Below, piece after piece: positions 36,101 to 48,155 of a stretch of 64,000 nt of DNA (position 1 is the stretch's first letter; each line of letters opens with the position of its first letter). The position numbers and the translations under genes are program-made. The notes beneath the pieces are model-generated. The model ran no database searches and was not told the DNA's origin. It was given only the letters and a program-made list of their open reading frames with translations. Source of the stretch: Calcarisporiella thermophila CBS 279.70 (lineage: Eukaryota > Fungi > Calcarisporiellomycota); the NCBI RefSeq assembly GCF_041956535.1, contig NW_027192199.1, positions 696,068 to 760,067 on the forward strand, in the 5' to 3' direction.

Positions 36101-36325
36101 GAACAAACCAACCAATTTCGGTGCATTTGGATGATAAGGATCGTTGACATTTGGTTTCTGAATTAAGAAGGGAGCAAAGTTGTTTCAGAAATATTTCATA
36201 CCAGGGGAAGAAGTAGAGTATTAGGTTTGATGGGATTAAATATCAACCAAATGCCTTAGAGGATCGCCACAGGCGGCGTCTTCCGCCTTATAATGATCTC
36301 AACCACTTGCTTGTTAACACAAGCA

Positions 36326-36358
36326 ATATATATATATATATATATATACATACATACA
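36326..36358. repeat. (TA)n/(TACA)n microsatellite
   Basis: ATATATATATATATATATATATACATACATAC about 40 bp upstream of the kinase ATG. Confidence 0.85.
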
Positions 36359-36395
36359 AGAGGGAAGAGCTTAGTCTTTTAAAAAGAGTATTTTG

Positions 36396-38299
36396 ATGGT
36401 GAGATTGACTTATATTCAACGCCTCCAATACTTCATCGGTGGACCCGATTTTATTTGCTTACTTTTCCAAATAGGCAAGCCCAAACACCTCCTCTGAAAG
36501 ATACACGATTCTCCAACGAGTCGGTTCTGGTTCGTTTGGAACCGTTTTCAAGGCCTTCGACACGAGAACACGACAAGTGGTGGCAGTCAAGATGATCGAT
36601 CTCGAGGAGTCAGAGGATGATATCGGTGAGATACAGCGTGAGATTGCAATGCTGTCGCAGTGCCGCTCACCGTACATTGTTGACTACTACGAGTCGTTTG
36701 TGAAACACCACCAGCTGTGGATAGTGATGGAGTTTATGGGAGGCGGCTCTTGTTTGGATCTAGTAGGTTGACGAAAATGTCTAGTCTGTCGGTTTTGTCT
36801 CCTTCTGGACCATTCATTCCCTCTTCTATTTTCGATTCTATTTTAAGCTGGGACAAGGAGCCTTTTGCGAGGCCCAAATAGCGGTTATCTTACGCTCGAT
36901 TCTCCTGGGCCTCGATTATCTCCACTCACAGGGAAAATTGCATCGTGATGTGAAAGCAGCCAATGTGCTGTTATCCACTGATGGGAGAGTGAAGTTGGGT
37001 AAGCGGATTGTACTTTCATTGAATCTACACCTCTTTTTTATTTTTAACTCTCTTGGTTGTGATGATTGTTTTTTTTTAAACTCTGATTCATATTTTTTTT
37101 TTTCTGGCTGTTATGAGACAGCCGATTTCAGCGTTGCATCGCAACTATCGAGTCAGAAGAGTCGCCGGAGTACTATGGTCGGCACACCGGTAAGACTGCT
37201 CCCTTTTTTCTGTTTCAATCCTCTATTTTCTATCTTGTTTCTCAACATGGACGATGGGAGTTAGCTCTGGATGGCGCCGGAGGTAATTTGCCGTTCAGGT
37301 TATAATTCATCCGCAGATATCTGGTCCTTGGGCATCATGGCGATTGAGCTGGCGCATGGCGTCCCACCTTTCTCAGGAAGCGACCATCACCCGCTCAAGG
37401 TCCTCCATGCAATTGTCCACTCTCCTCCCCCTACACTGGAGGGCAAGTTTTCGCGAGAATTCAAGGAATTTGTTGCACTTTGTCTCGCCAAAAAATCCAA
37501 AAAGGTAAGAGGCATCTACGCAAGGATTTGTAGGTGATGTATTTCTTATTTTTGTATTGACACACTTGGTGCAGCGGCCAACGGCAAGGCAGCTCCTTTC
37601 GCATCGGTTTATCACGCAGGCAAACAAGCCAGCCATTCTACAAGAGCTTATTGAACGAGCTTCTTTGCAGGGAATGGAAGCCAATTGGAAGGATAGTTTG
37701 TATGAGAGCAGTATCAAGTAATGCGCCTAGGCGTTATCATTTTAAGATGGTTTGAAATTTAAAACTGGAATTCTACTGCAATACAGTGGCTATTTCGACT
37801 CCACTTGGGATTTCACCGCTTCTGCAAAGCAATCGGCCTCTAATCCCAACAGCCCCAAGGTTCCAAAAATTCACAGACCAACTGCCAAGCTTGTCCTCGA
37901 GAGCTTTCCTTCATTGCCTGGCGGAAGTGTCTCATTGAAGATGAGTAAAATTAATTCTATCAGCTCAGGAAGTCTCTCTGAAGAGCTCGAACTAGCAGCA
38001 GGGGATGAGGAGGTCGAGACAGGCAAGCGGCTTGTGGAGGAGGTGCTGTTCCCAGTGATAAGCAAGGTGAGTTAGAGCCATCTCAAAGAACTCCTCCCTA
38101 TTCCAAAAGGAAGGGCTAAGATGAATCCATATGTAATTAGATGCAATGTGAAGAATGGACAGGCGGTTCATCCGATGGTTTTGTGCTGGTAAAGCGAGGG
38201 ATGCAAGTGCTCCATGAGTCGGATCCCAGAATAGTCTATCGGATGGCTTGTAGTATTGCCGAGAAAATGGGCGAGCAGGGCTTTGTCACGTTCGTGTGA
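36396..38299 (+). CDS. STE20/GCKIII (MST3/Sid1-like) Ser/Thr kinase
   Basis: [59 protein letters not shown]; the first coding exon appears to be the ATG alone. Confidence 0.9.
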
Positions 38300-38886
38300 C
38301 TGTGAATGACAGTCTGTGGGGATGCATATGAAAAAGATCAGTGTGAAACTCAAATTTCTGATGTCGCCAACACCGTTAATTAAAGGAAATGGCATCCCGG
38401 GCGAGAAACCTGGGGTCTGCCTTTATTTGTTAGCTTGTACTCTTGATTCTGGGCATTTTAGTTTTTGATAGTGGGATTTTGGGGGAGATTACGCTCAAAT
38501 GGTCTTATCGCTTCCCCCCCCCTTTGCATCCGGAAATCTCGCTTCGGGGTTGTCAAAGGACAATATCGCCGACCTGCAATAGAAAACTGGCTCTTTCTCA
38601 TCTGTCATCTATTGCAATTAATAGGATCCCTTCCGGATATTGTTTTCCTTCCAATTCCACTTATTATATTTAATAAGAGTTGAAAAAAACAGCAGCGTCA
38701 ACAAAGCTTCTCACACAGCCGGATGCGACTTTAGCAAATAATTAAAGTTTCTCTCTCCTCCTTTTTTCTTGCTATTCTTCTCTGTTCTTCTCGCCTTCAT
38801 TCAAACTTTTCTTATCTACTTTTTTTGCTGTTTTTCTGTCATTTCAGTAGTACGCCGGCTATAGAATCCACACCGACGCCATCAAC

Positions 38887-39970
38887 ATGTCGAACCAAAC
38901 ATTCTTTTTGTCCACCGATGCTCAGGACAGCGTGCAAGCGACCCTTTCACTTCCTAATGGCGTTCCGTTCCCTGAATGGTACACTTTCTTTATGGATTAC
39001 CGCACCCCAACCATCATAGCTGCACTCTATGCCACCGTGGTCCATTTTATCAATTCGCGCCTTCCTCCGCGGCAGACTGCCGCTAGACAGCCCTCCTCTC
39101 GCCCCTTCAAAGCCTTCGTTTTCGCTCACAACCTAGCCTTGTGCATATTCTCAATTATTGTTTGTCGAGGGATTAAACGGGGCCTTCAGGAGAGCTGGAG
39201 CCACTACGAGGGCCGCGTGCACGACTGGGTAGGATATGGATGCCGTAGCTCTTTTTTTTTTTTTCCTTTGTTTCTCTGCTCTTTCTCTATCTTACTGCTT
39301 TTCGTAACTGTTTGCCGCGGCGCTTATCTTACCTCCTCGATTTCCCCCATTTCTCTTAGTATTGTGACACGGACAAATTCCTGTTTGAGCGGGCCTACAA
39401 TTCCCTGGGCTATTGGGGATACCTGTTCTATCTTTCCAAATTCTACGAGATTATCGACACCGTGATTATCCTGCTCAAGGGCCGGCGCTCGTCAACTCTC
39501 CAAACGTACCATCACACCGGCGCAATCCTGTGCATGTGGGCAGCAATGAATTATATGGCCATTTCCGTGTGGGGCTTTGTTCGTGAGTCTTGACCTCTCC
39601 TTCCCACCCTTGACCTCACCCGACTAACTCCCCATGCTGCCTCTTCTCTTTCCCCTTCCCATCCTCTCCTCTCGCACTCACACCCCATCCAGAAATCAAT
39701 AGCTTCATCCACAGCGTCATGTACTTCTACTTTGCTCTCACGTCCATCGGCCTCTATCCCCCCGGAAAGAAGTACATCACCACCATGCAGATCACCCAGT
39801 TCCTTGTTGGCATTGGAATCGCCCTCAGCTCTGTGCTCATTCCCAAATGCGTGACCGCCCCAGGCTCGCGCTTTGCAGTGTGGCTGAACATCGCTTATCT
39901 CATTCCACTGACCTATCTATTCTTCGACTTTGCAATAAGAAGCTACGGCCGAAAGGCGAAGAGGCAATGA
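38887..39970 (+). CDS. GNS1/SUR4 fatty-acid elongase
   Basis: FVFAHNLAL, FYLSKFYEIIDT, LQTYHH, NSFIHSVMYFYF, ITTMQITQF; basic C-terminus. Confidence 0.92.
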
Positions 39971-40793
39971 GAGCGGGCAGCGAGCAGGGTTGTGCCACGG
40001 AGCGGGGAGACAACGACAATCTTCCACCCACGGAAACAGGTCGAATGTTTTCCATTCCTCCTACTCCATTCTATTGTTTATTCTTGTTTTATTAATATAA
40101 ATATTCACACTCTACTCTTCATTTTATCCTCTCCTAAACCAAACTCGCTTTAACCTGATATAGAGGAGAAAACATCTTCACCGAAAGGGGATTCAGGATT
40201 TCCCAGAATCTCAAAGGTGAATGGTCCATTGGGTACTAGTGATTGATAAAGAGCTCGGCTTGAATTGGAAAAGTTAAGGGCCCTCGAAGTTAGCGTTGGC
40301 TCACTGTAGACGAGGCGATTGGGGAAAAAAGTTGGATTTGGTTTTCCTTTCCACTTTAGTCTCTTCATCACAAAAGGTAAAACAATTTCAAGGAATAGTC
40401 TATTGATACAACTGGGTTCACAATGGATGAGTTGCAAAAAATAAGCATTATGGTATTAAATGAGAAATAAGAGCATGCCAAAAGAAAAAAAAAAGATATG
40501 TGGAAAATAAGGACCAAGAAGAGTAAAGTACTTTTAATTAGAAAAAAAAAAAGAGGTAACAAAACGAGTAAGAGGCAAAGCAATAGAAAAGCAAAAGATG
40601 CACAATGAATAGAAAAACTATAAGCACACAATAAACAAAACATTCGAAATCCAATGGTATCTAGAGTACCCTCCCATAACTTGGCGCAGACATAGTGAAA
40701 TGCGGTGTAGGCCAGAGCACGTAAAAGGGCGTAGGATGACGAAGAAAGCATCGCCTATTATTAACAGCGACAGCAATGAATTGTTCGCTTCCA

Positions 40794-42822
40794 TTACCTT
40801 CGACTGCTACTGGAATTTCGAGAGGACGCATCGTTTGAACTGGCCTCATCCGGATTGGTGACATACAGCCGTTGCCGCGGGACGAAAAAGCTTTGCACCC
40901 CAACATCGTAGTCCCGGATGGTCATCTCCAGAGTGTCTTCTATGCTTGTGTTCTCATTCTCAAGCGTGTCGGGTTCTGGCGGAGCAACAGAAGGCGGAGG
41001 AGCCGGAGGGGACAAGGCGATTCGCTTCACCGGTCTCCTCGGAATGGCAAGCACCGGAGCTGCTAATCTTGGCGGTTGCGGCGGGACTGCCTGTGTCTGT
41101 GGAGGCGGTGTAACAAAAGACACGGTGCGTCGTGGTGGATCTATAGGGGGTTGGTAAATGTGAAAGGAGGACATGGTATTGTACTGGTGGGCCTTTATAT
41201 CGGTCATGGAAGGGGCAGTCCGCCATTTCCATCTACGACGGGCCCAGTAGCCCACGGCGCCGAGCGCAGCCACGCCCGCGAGCGTACCAATGACAGAGCC
41301 GGCAATGGTGCCCACCGAGGGAGAGGGGAGGATCGAGGATGGCAAAGGAGAGGATTGGGAGGAGGACGAGGAGATGGAAGAAGAAGAAGAAGGGGAGGAT
41401 AGCGGTGAGGAGGGTGGGGAGGCGGGAGGATGACTCTGCAAATCCGGTTGATTTGGGTTGACAAGGAGATCGGGAACGTATTGTTGCGACCATGCCCAGG
41501 TCAAAGTGTCGAGAACATAGAGAGAATTATCGCCCTTTTCGCCCTCCATATACCCTGCCACAAACAACTTCAATATGGCACGAAACCAAGATAAAAAGCA
41601 ATATAGGCCAGAGATTTACCAAAAGCACAGAGCATTCGTGTCCCAGCAATGTTGCATGTGTGCGTGTACCTTCCCGGCGGTATGTTGCCCTGGGGAGTCG
41701 GAAAACTCCATCGCATCGGAAGCTTAGTGGTATCCAAGACGGCAATATCATTGTAGTACTCTGCGAATTTTTGGTCGGTGCCTCCAAAGACAATGATTTT
41801 TCCATCTGAGGCTAGTAGTCGAATAAGAAAGAATAGGTCAGCCAAATGTTTCTTCGCCATGATAGAAAGATGGATAGACACTTACTCGCTACCGCAGTGT
41901 GATCTCTCCTTGGTTTTGGTGTTGCTCCCGAGGAGGTCTATGTGGTAAAAAGCAAGGTGAGCCGAATTTTTTGAGATCATTCCACTCCATCGACTGCGCT
42001 AAAGGCCCTACCATCAGAGTCCAGCTTCCGGTGTTGGTATCAAACACATATATCACCGACATATCCACCATGTGAGTACCATCGTATCCCCCTAGCACAT
42101 ACATCTTACCATCTTGCGTCAAGGTCGCCGTATGGTGACTGCGCGGGGTAGGTACATCTCCGTTTACCACCGCGGTTGACCACGAGCTGTCTACAGGTTG
42201 GAGAACAAGCACTTCATTGCCCGCCAGAGAGGTAGTATTCGTCCGGACCATTCCTCCAAAGATAAACACTCGCCCTTCGCGGGACACGGCAGTCTGCTCG
42301 AAATGGCGAGAAGGCTGGGGGGTAGTGGGGGTAGAGTGCGACCAGCGTTGAGTATCGAGGTCAAAAGAATAGAGCAAATCAGGGATATCCGAGGACCCGT
42401 CGATATCCCCCCCAAAGACGCAGAGGGACCGCGACAGGGCCACCATGCTATGAAAGGCTAGTTTCGGGCCAGTTGTGTCTGTGACATCTTCCCAAGGTGG
42501 ATCGGATGTGGAAAATGGGGATTCCAGGTTAATGACGAGCAGGCTGTTGGTATTGTGTGTTTCATTATTCTCCACGATCTTCCCCCCGAATATATATAAT
42601 CTAGTTGAGGTTGAGCCAGAGGAAAGAGGATACGTTAGATATCAGCATGTCTTAATTATTGCTTTGCAAAAAAAAAGTATATAAAGGCGTCATTTACTTG
42701 TTGTCGCTTATGGCCGATGAATGCCCCCAACGACTTATGGGCATCAGAGCGACAATGAATGGCAAGCAGCTCCACCACGATACTATCACCCCGAATGAGA
42801 CAAATTTTGAACAGCAATGCAT
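40794..42822 (-). CDS. Kelch-repeat type I membrane protein
   Basis: Signal-like N-terminus; Kelch repeats (RSHHTATL...YVLGGY, VFIFGG); Ser-rich stalk; TM IAGSVIGTLAGVAALGAVGYW-RRR. Confidence 0.85.
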
Positions 42823-43291
42823 GTTCAAACGCTCACAAACGAAAAACAGCTACCGATGCACAATGTCACGTTAGGAAGACAAATCAAAATGAAGATAGTG
42901 TCGTTGATATCAAAAGTAGGTCCATAGGGAAAAATTTCAATCATGCCTCGAATTGAAACGCACGGTTAATCTTTGAAGTTAGCACAAATTGGGAAAAAAA
43001 TTCATATTGAAGGGTGACGTAACAGTCCTATTTATTATTTGACAGGGTTTATTAAGTGACAACAAAATATTTTGAAATTAGATATCAGCGAGAGAGGGAA
43101 AAAGGGATTTAAACAATCGGAAATGTCTACACAACGGCCAAAAGGCTGAGATGAGTCGGTCAGGGGAAGGTTAGAAAAGGTGAAAAAAATAAAGCGAAAA
43201 AAAAGTCTATCATCAAAAGAGGGTGGTATATATATATTGGTCGAGAGAGAGGTAGAGATGGTGAAATGAAAGAATAGATAAACAAAAATGT

Positions 43292-44426
43292 CTAAGCAGA
43301 CTCCTTGGATAGAGCATTATAGAAAGCGTCTGCAATCAAACTATGTACATAGGCTAATGGCAGAGTAAAGATCTAAGTAAACATACATCTCTTAGGGAAA
43401 AAGGGATAAAACGAGACTTACTTGTTGGATGAACATAGTCCCAGAATAAATATTTTTCTGGCTCTGCGCATTTACCGAAATCGTTCACACACGCACTTGT
43501 CACATTGGTCAGCCCGAACTCCTGCGGAGAATAATGAAACTGCTCAAACAGCGAGTGAGCGTCAAACACTTGCACATTAGCATCCGGGTGTTGCAGAACA
43601 AACTCCCGCATTGCCTGCTCAAGCAGTGAATTGTATCTAATGATGCATTCTCCAAATAGTTCCAATATAACCGGGTTCCCTTTGACGCGATCGAAACCCA
43701 ACGGGGTAGCCTCTATAGGGGGAACGTTAGGGATGAAGAAGTGGCGCGCACCATGATCATAGAGACCCGTCTGAAGCGTCCAACAAACAAATCAGCGTAA
43801 GAAGGTCAGTGGGAGGAGTGAGGTTAACAAGCAGTCCACATACCATAATCCCTCTCAGAGCCATAATGGTATCGTTATACTTGCTTGGAGCGGCTCCCGA
43901 AAAAAACAGATCATAGTTATCATTGACTCCGATCCAAATAGCAAAAAGACTCCTCTCATTGTACGTAACCGCGTCTGCAGCATGATTGACGGTCAATGCT
44001 TTATAGAAAATTTGAGCTTGGTCCTTGACACAAGGTGCAGAGCGGAGCACAATTTGCTACAGAGCACTTTCCATCAGCATTAAAAGAGCGCAATAACTTC
44101 TTAGGGCTGAGGCTTACATTATCTACAGTTGCCCCGAGGATGGCAAAATTGCTGAGGTTTGCTTGTAACTTCTTGGAGAGATAGTCATTCCACACTGGCC
44201 CATTAGAGGTTCCTATAATCTGGAAGGCGGTTCCAAGAGACCATCAAGCAACTTACTTTTTGATATCCAGCCAGGGATTACTTACTTTGAGCTTGGGATC
44301 ACGCGGATGGCCATTGTCACTATACGAGTCACCGAACACAACTAAATCCGTAAAAGATGGTGCTGCGATGACCGAGAGGATGGAGGAAAAAAGAGCTAGT
44401 GCAAGAAAAAGTGCAGTGTAGACCAT
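43292..44426 (-). CDS. Secreted GDSL/SGNH lipase-esterase (CE16-like)
   Basis: Signal peptide; VVFGDSYSDNG, SNGPVW, IWIGVND, YLFWDYVHPT. Confidence 0.9.
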
Positions 44427-45256
44427 TGCACTCTTTCTAGGGTGGATGCGGTTCGGCTGAAGTGGAGATGGGAGGAGGGACAAGATGATGGGAGGAAGGG
44501 GAGGGGCGAAGAGGGGGGGGGAGGGGGGATAATATATTAATGGCCCTTTAAGGAGATCCCATTTATGCTCTCTATTTATGGTCGAGAGTGCATGTTTGTG
44601 TAATGTTCGGATAATTTCCCTTGGCTTAATTAGTTTGAGCCTCAGCCAAAGCAACAAGCAATATTCTAAAGGGAAAACTATGTGTTAGCTCCTTCGGCCC
44701 TCACACAGCGACAGCATCCTTTGAAGACGTGCGTCGAGCGATCGATACCGATGGCCGGCCCTGGGCCAGCATCGCAGGCAAGCCGAATAGCCGGTGGCAC
44801 AAGGATTCTCCGTCGCCCTGGAGAAACCGAGAGGTGTATCGATGACGTCTCTTGGTACGCTCAGACGAGAGATTGCACCACCAAACCGCGCAATAGGAGT
44901 CCGAAGCCATTTCGGCGAAAATTCTAAGCCTAAAAGAATCCTGGGCAAACATCGAGATTGGTCAAGCCGAACTCGCGGAATCAGGAGGGAGGAGCTTTCT
45001 CACTCCTCGTCGAATCAGCCACCGGAAAAAGGAAAATGGTGCCTCGTCTCGTTCTTATGCGGGCTTAGGTTAGGTTAGTCACCCGGCCCCCTAGATCCAC
45101 TGTGTGGCTTAGGGATTTAGAGTTTTTTCGCAGAGAAACCAGTTTTGACCACTGCATTGACCATCCAATATGGTTTCTCCCTTTGCTCCTCTTTGCTTGA
45201 ATTCCAAAAGTGCATGTTCCAATTTCCATAACCAAAGTCGTCTCCCTTAATGACCC

Positions 45257-47889
45257 ATGACACAATTGATGCGTAGCCGCTCCCACATAACCTCCCGAAA
45301 TGTCGAGCTCGTTCTTTCCACCGACAATCTCTCTGGAAATTTGCCACCACTACGCTCCCCACTATTCTCCCTCTTCCAGACCTGCCGTGCATTACTAGAG
45401 CTTCTTCGCCGAGTGCCCAGCTTTGAGCCATTTATTGCCGCTGCGCCAATGTCTCCCGACCCCGTACAGACTCTTTGGCATATCTGCCGCGAGGGGCATC
45501 CCCTCATTCATCTGCTCAACACATGGCGCCCGCATCACGCTATGGACATTTCTGCACATCTTACCACCCGGCGGGAAAAAAACCAAAAAATATGTGTGTA
45601 CTATTTTCTGAGGGCACTGCGAGACTCCGCAGCTATACCAGAGGAGGAGCTCTTTAGGATTTCGGACGTCTTCTCGGACGACACTAGTGGATTTGTGAAG
45701 GTAAAAAATGCAATGATATGCGAACTCTCTTGGCCGAATGGTAACTGCAACTCTATTTCGACACATTGCGATATCTATTTAGGTAACAAGGGTAATATCA
45801 TCGCTTCTAAACTTAATGGAAGCTGATGGGCTGCTGCTAAAAAATGAAGCCGATGCCGTCTCAGTGAACAGCTCACAGCTGCACTGCGATACCCGGTCAA
45901 TGGCCATTGCCGAGTTTGTGGAAACGGAGCGGAAGTATGTCAACGACATGGAGTTCCTACAAGTAAACTTGATAGTCCCTCTCCGCCTAAAATCTCTTCC
46001 TCCTAGTTATTCACCCTGCCTCCATTCATTAGAATTATATGAATCTGCTCCAAGAAAATAGAATCGTCTCGGCGGACACAATACATAGCATCTTTGGAAA
46101 TCTGAACAAGCTGCTGGACTTTCAGCGTCGTTTTCTGGTCGCTTTGGAGACCAATGCAGAGCTTCCCACTCTTGAGCAGCGTTTCGGGCAAATCTTCATT
46201 CAACATAAAGACAACTTCCAAATATACGCGCCATTCTGCACCAATATCGGCGACGCGTGCGAAATCGTCCAAAAAGAGCTCGAAGCGCTCGGTAAGCTCT
46301 CCGGGGTGCTGGAGCCGAGGCAGATGTTGCCCGCTCTCCTAGTCCGGCCCGTGCAACGACTTGCACTTTATTCGATCATAATGGAGAATTTGGTCAAAAA
46401 CACCGATCGAGATCATCCTTTTTACGAGGAGCAGATCGAGGGACTTGGGGTTATTCGTCAAGTACTCGATGACATCAACGCAGAGAAGCGCCGCCTCGAA
46501 AACGCCGAACACTTGCGTCAGCTCCAAGAAAATAAAGTTTTCGCCTATACCACTAGAAATATGGGCGAGCTTCTCTTAACCGATACCTTTTGTATTCGAC
46601 TTGATGGGAGCATGAATAGAATGATGAGGCTCTGCTTATTTCGCCCTGGGGTCGTATTCATAAAAGAAAGTAAGGAGAGGGCAGGTTCGAAAGGGAAGAG
46701 AAGTGGGAAAGAATCGTTAGGCGCCACCCTTGCAAGACGGTGGACAAGCATAAGGCTAAAGGGAATTGTGGAAATAGGGGCCATTGAAAGCCTTTGCTGT
46801 AAAGGAGAATCAGGTGATTAAGCTTATTATTATCCTAACTTATCGCTGAGATGTCTTAAGGTTACGGTTGATTTAGGTGCTTATGAAATTCACGTATCCT
46901 ACAACAGCGGGCGCGACGCGTTTATTCTATGTAATATTATGAACGAGGAAAAGCTGCTTCTTTGGAAAAACACGATCTCCAAGCTAATAGAGGAGAGGAA
47001 AAAAGAGCAGTCTTCGCACAAGTCCGTCTCCATACAGGAGCTTATGTCCTCGCCCATAAACCCGCATTGCGGAGATGAGGATACCCAATCATTCATCAGT
47101 CGAGACGACGGGGAAGGGTGTGGGGAGGAAGAGGACGATCTATTTTTCGATGAAGAGGACAGGAACAGGGGGTCGGATGCGAAGCACGAATATCCCAACC
47201 TCTCCATGCCCCGACTTCCTCTACGGGACACGTATGCTTCCTCATCACGTATGTCTCGTATCCATCGTAGATCCTCGGAATCAGCATACCCATTGCATGT
47301 AGACTCCATGCATTCTATTTCACCCTCCTTAACCTCCACTGGTTCACCCGCCAACGGCACGAAGTCTGGATTCCTTACTGTGCTACGGGCGCGCTCCAAA
47401 AGCAGCCCTATTCCACAGCATCTTCCACGAATGACTCCTGCGTTATCTGAGCTTCAATTGGCCTTATCAGCCACTCCCCTGATCTCGACATGGAAAACCG
47501 GCTCCACGCACAGCATTCCAGCATCGGAATTCACAATTGCCCAGTCCTCTCCATCGACTTGGCACACTCGAATTCGCATCCGTCTTAACTATGGTGCTGA
47601 TGTTTATCAGCTCACTGTCCCTTTCGATGTATCCCTCTCGGATCTTCTTAATCGTCTTCGCACCAAAATTTATTTATGTGCCGAATTGCCCTTGGAGGAA
47701 GATAGGAAGCTTGTAGTTAGATATCGTGGCGAGAAAGGAGAGCTAATTAACTTAACAACAGATGAAGACGTAAAGAACGCGATTGACATGCATATCATGG
47801 AACCGAATGGAAGCACTGGCAAGCGCCGATCAACCGAGGAGGGGATACCGGCCGTGGTCCCCCTGGTATTGTTTGCAAGTTTGGAGTAG
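45257..47889 (+). CDS. Cdc24/Scd1-like Rho GEF (CH-DH-PH-PB1)
   Basis: CH motif DPVQTLW..CREGHPL..LLN...FRISDVFSDDTSGFVKV; DH motifs EFVETERKYVNDME and LLVRPVQRLALY; C-terminal PB1. Confidence 0.88.
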
Positions 47890-48155
47890 TATTCTTTCAT
47901 ATCATGGTGACTCGCACTTCCTTTTGTTTTTGGCACTTTTTTATTTAAATCGTGTTGCATGAATTATACCTTCGAACAAGCGTGTGTATCCCTATTGTCA
48001 TTCTGTAGATATCACTACTTCAATATGACTTCTCATTCATTATTCTAATTTTCTCAAAGCTTCGAAAAAAGAAAATGCAGTCACACCGAGTGGCAAAAGC
48101 AATATATCTAACATCCACTTTTGTTTTTCGCTCCTCTACAGTTTGGGTAAACATC

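Noticed and set aside
33250-36300. 3-kb intergenic region as possible ncRNA or hidden gene
   Set aside because: No snRNA, snoRNA or tRNA motifs and no spliceable coding signal recognised; consistent with a long regulatory region of a transcription factor.
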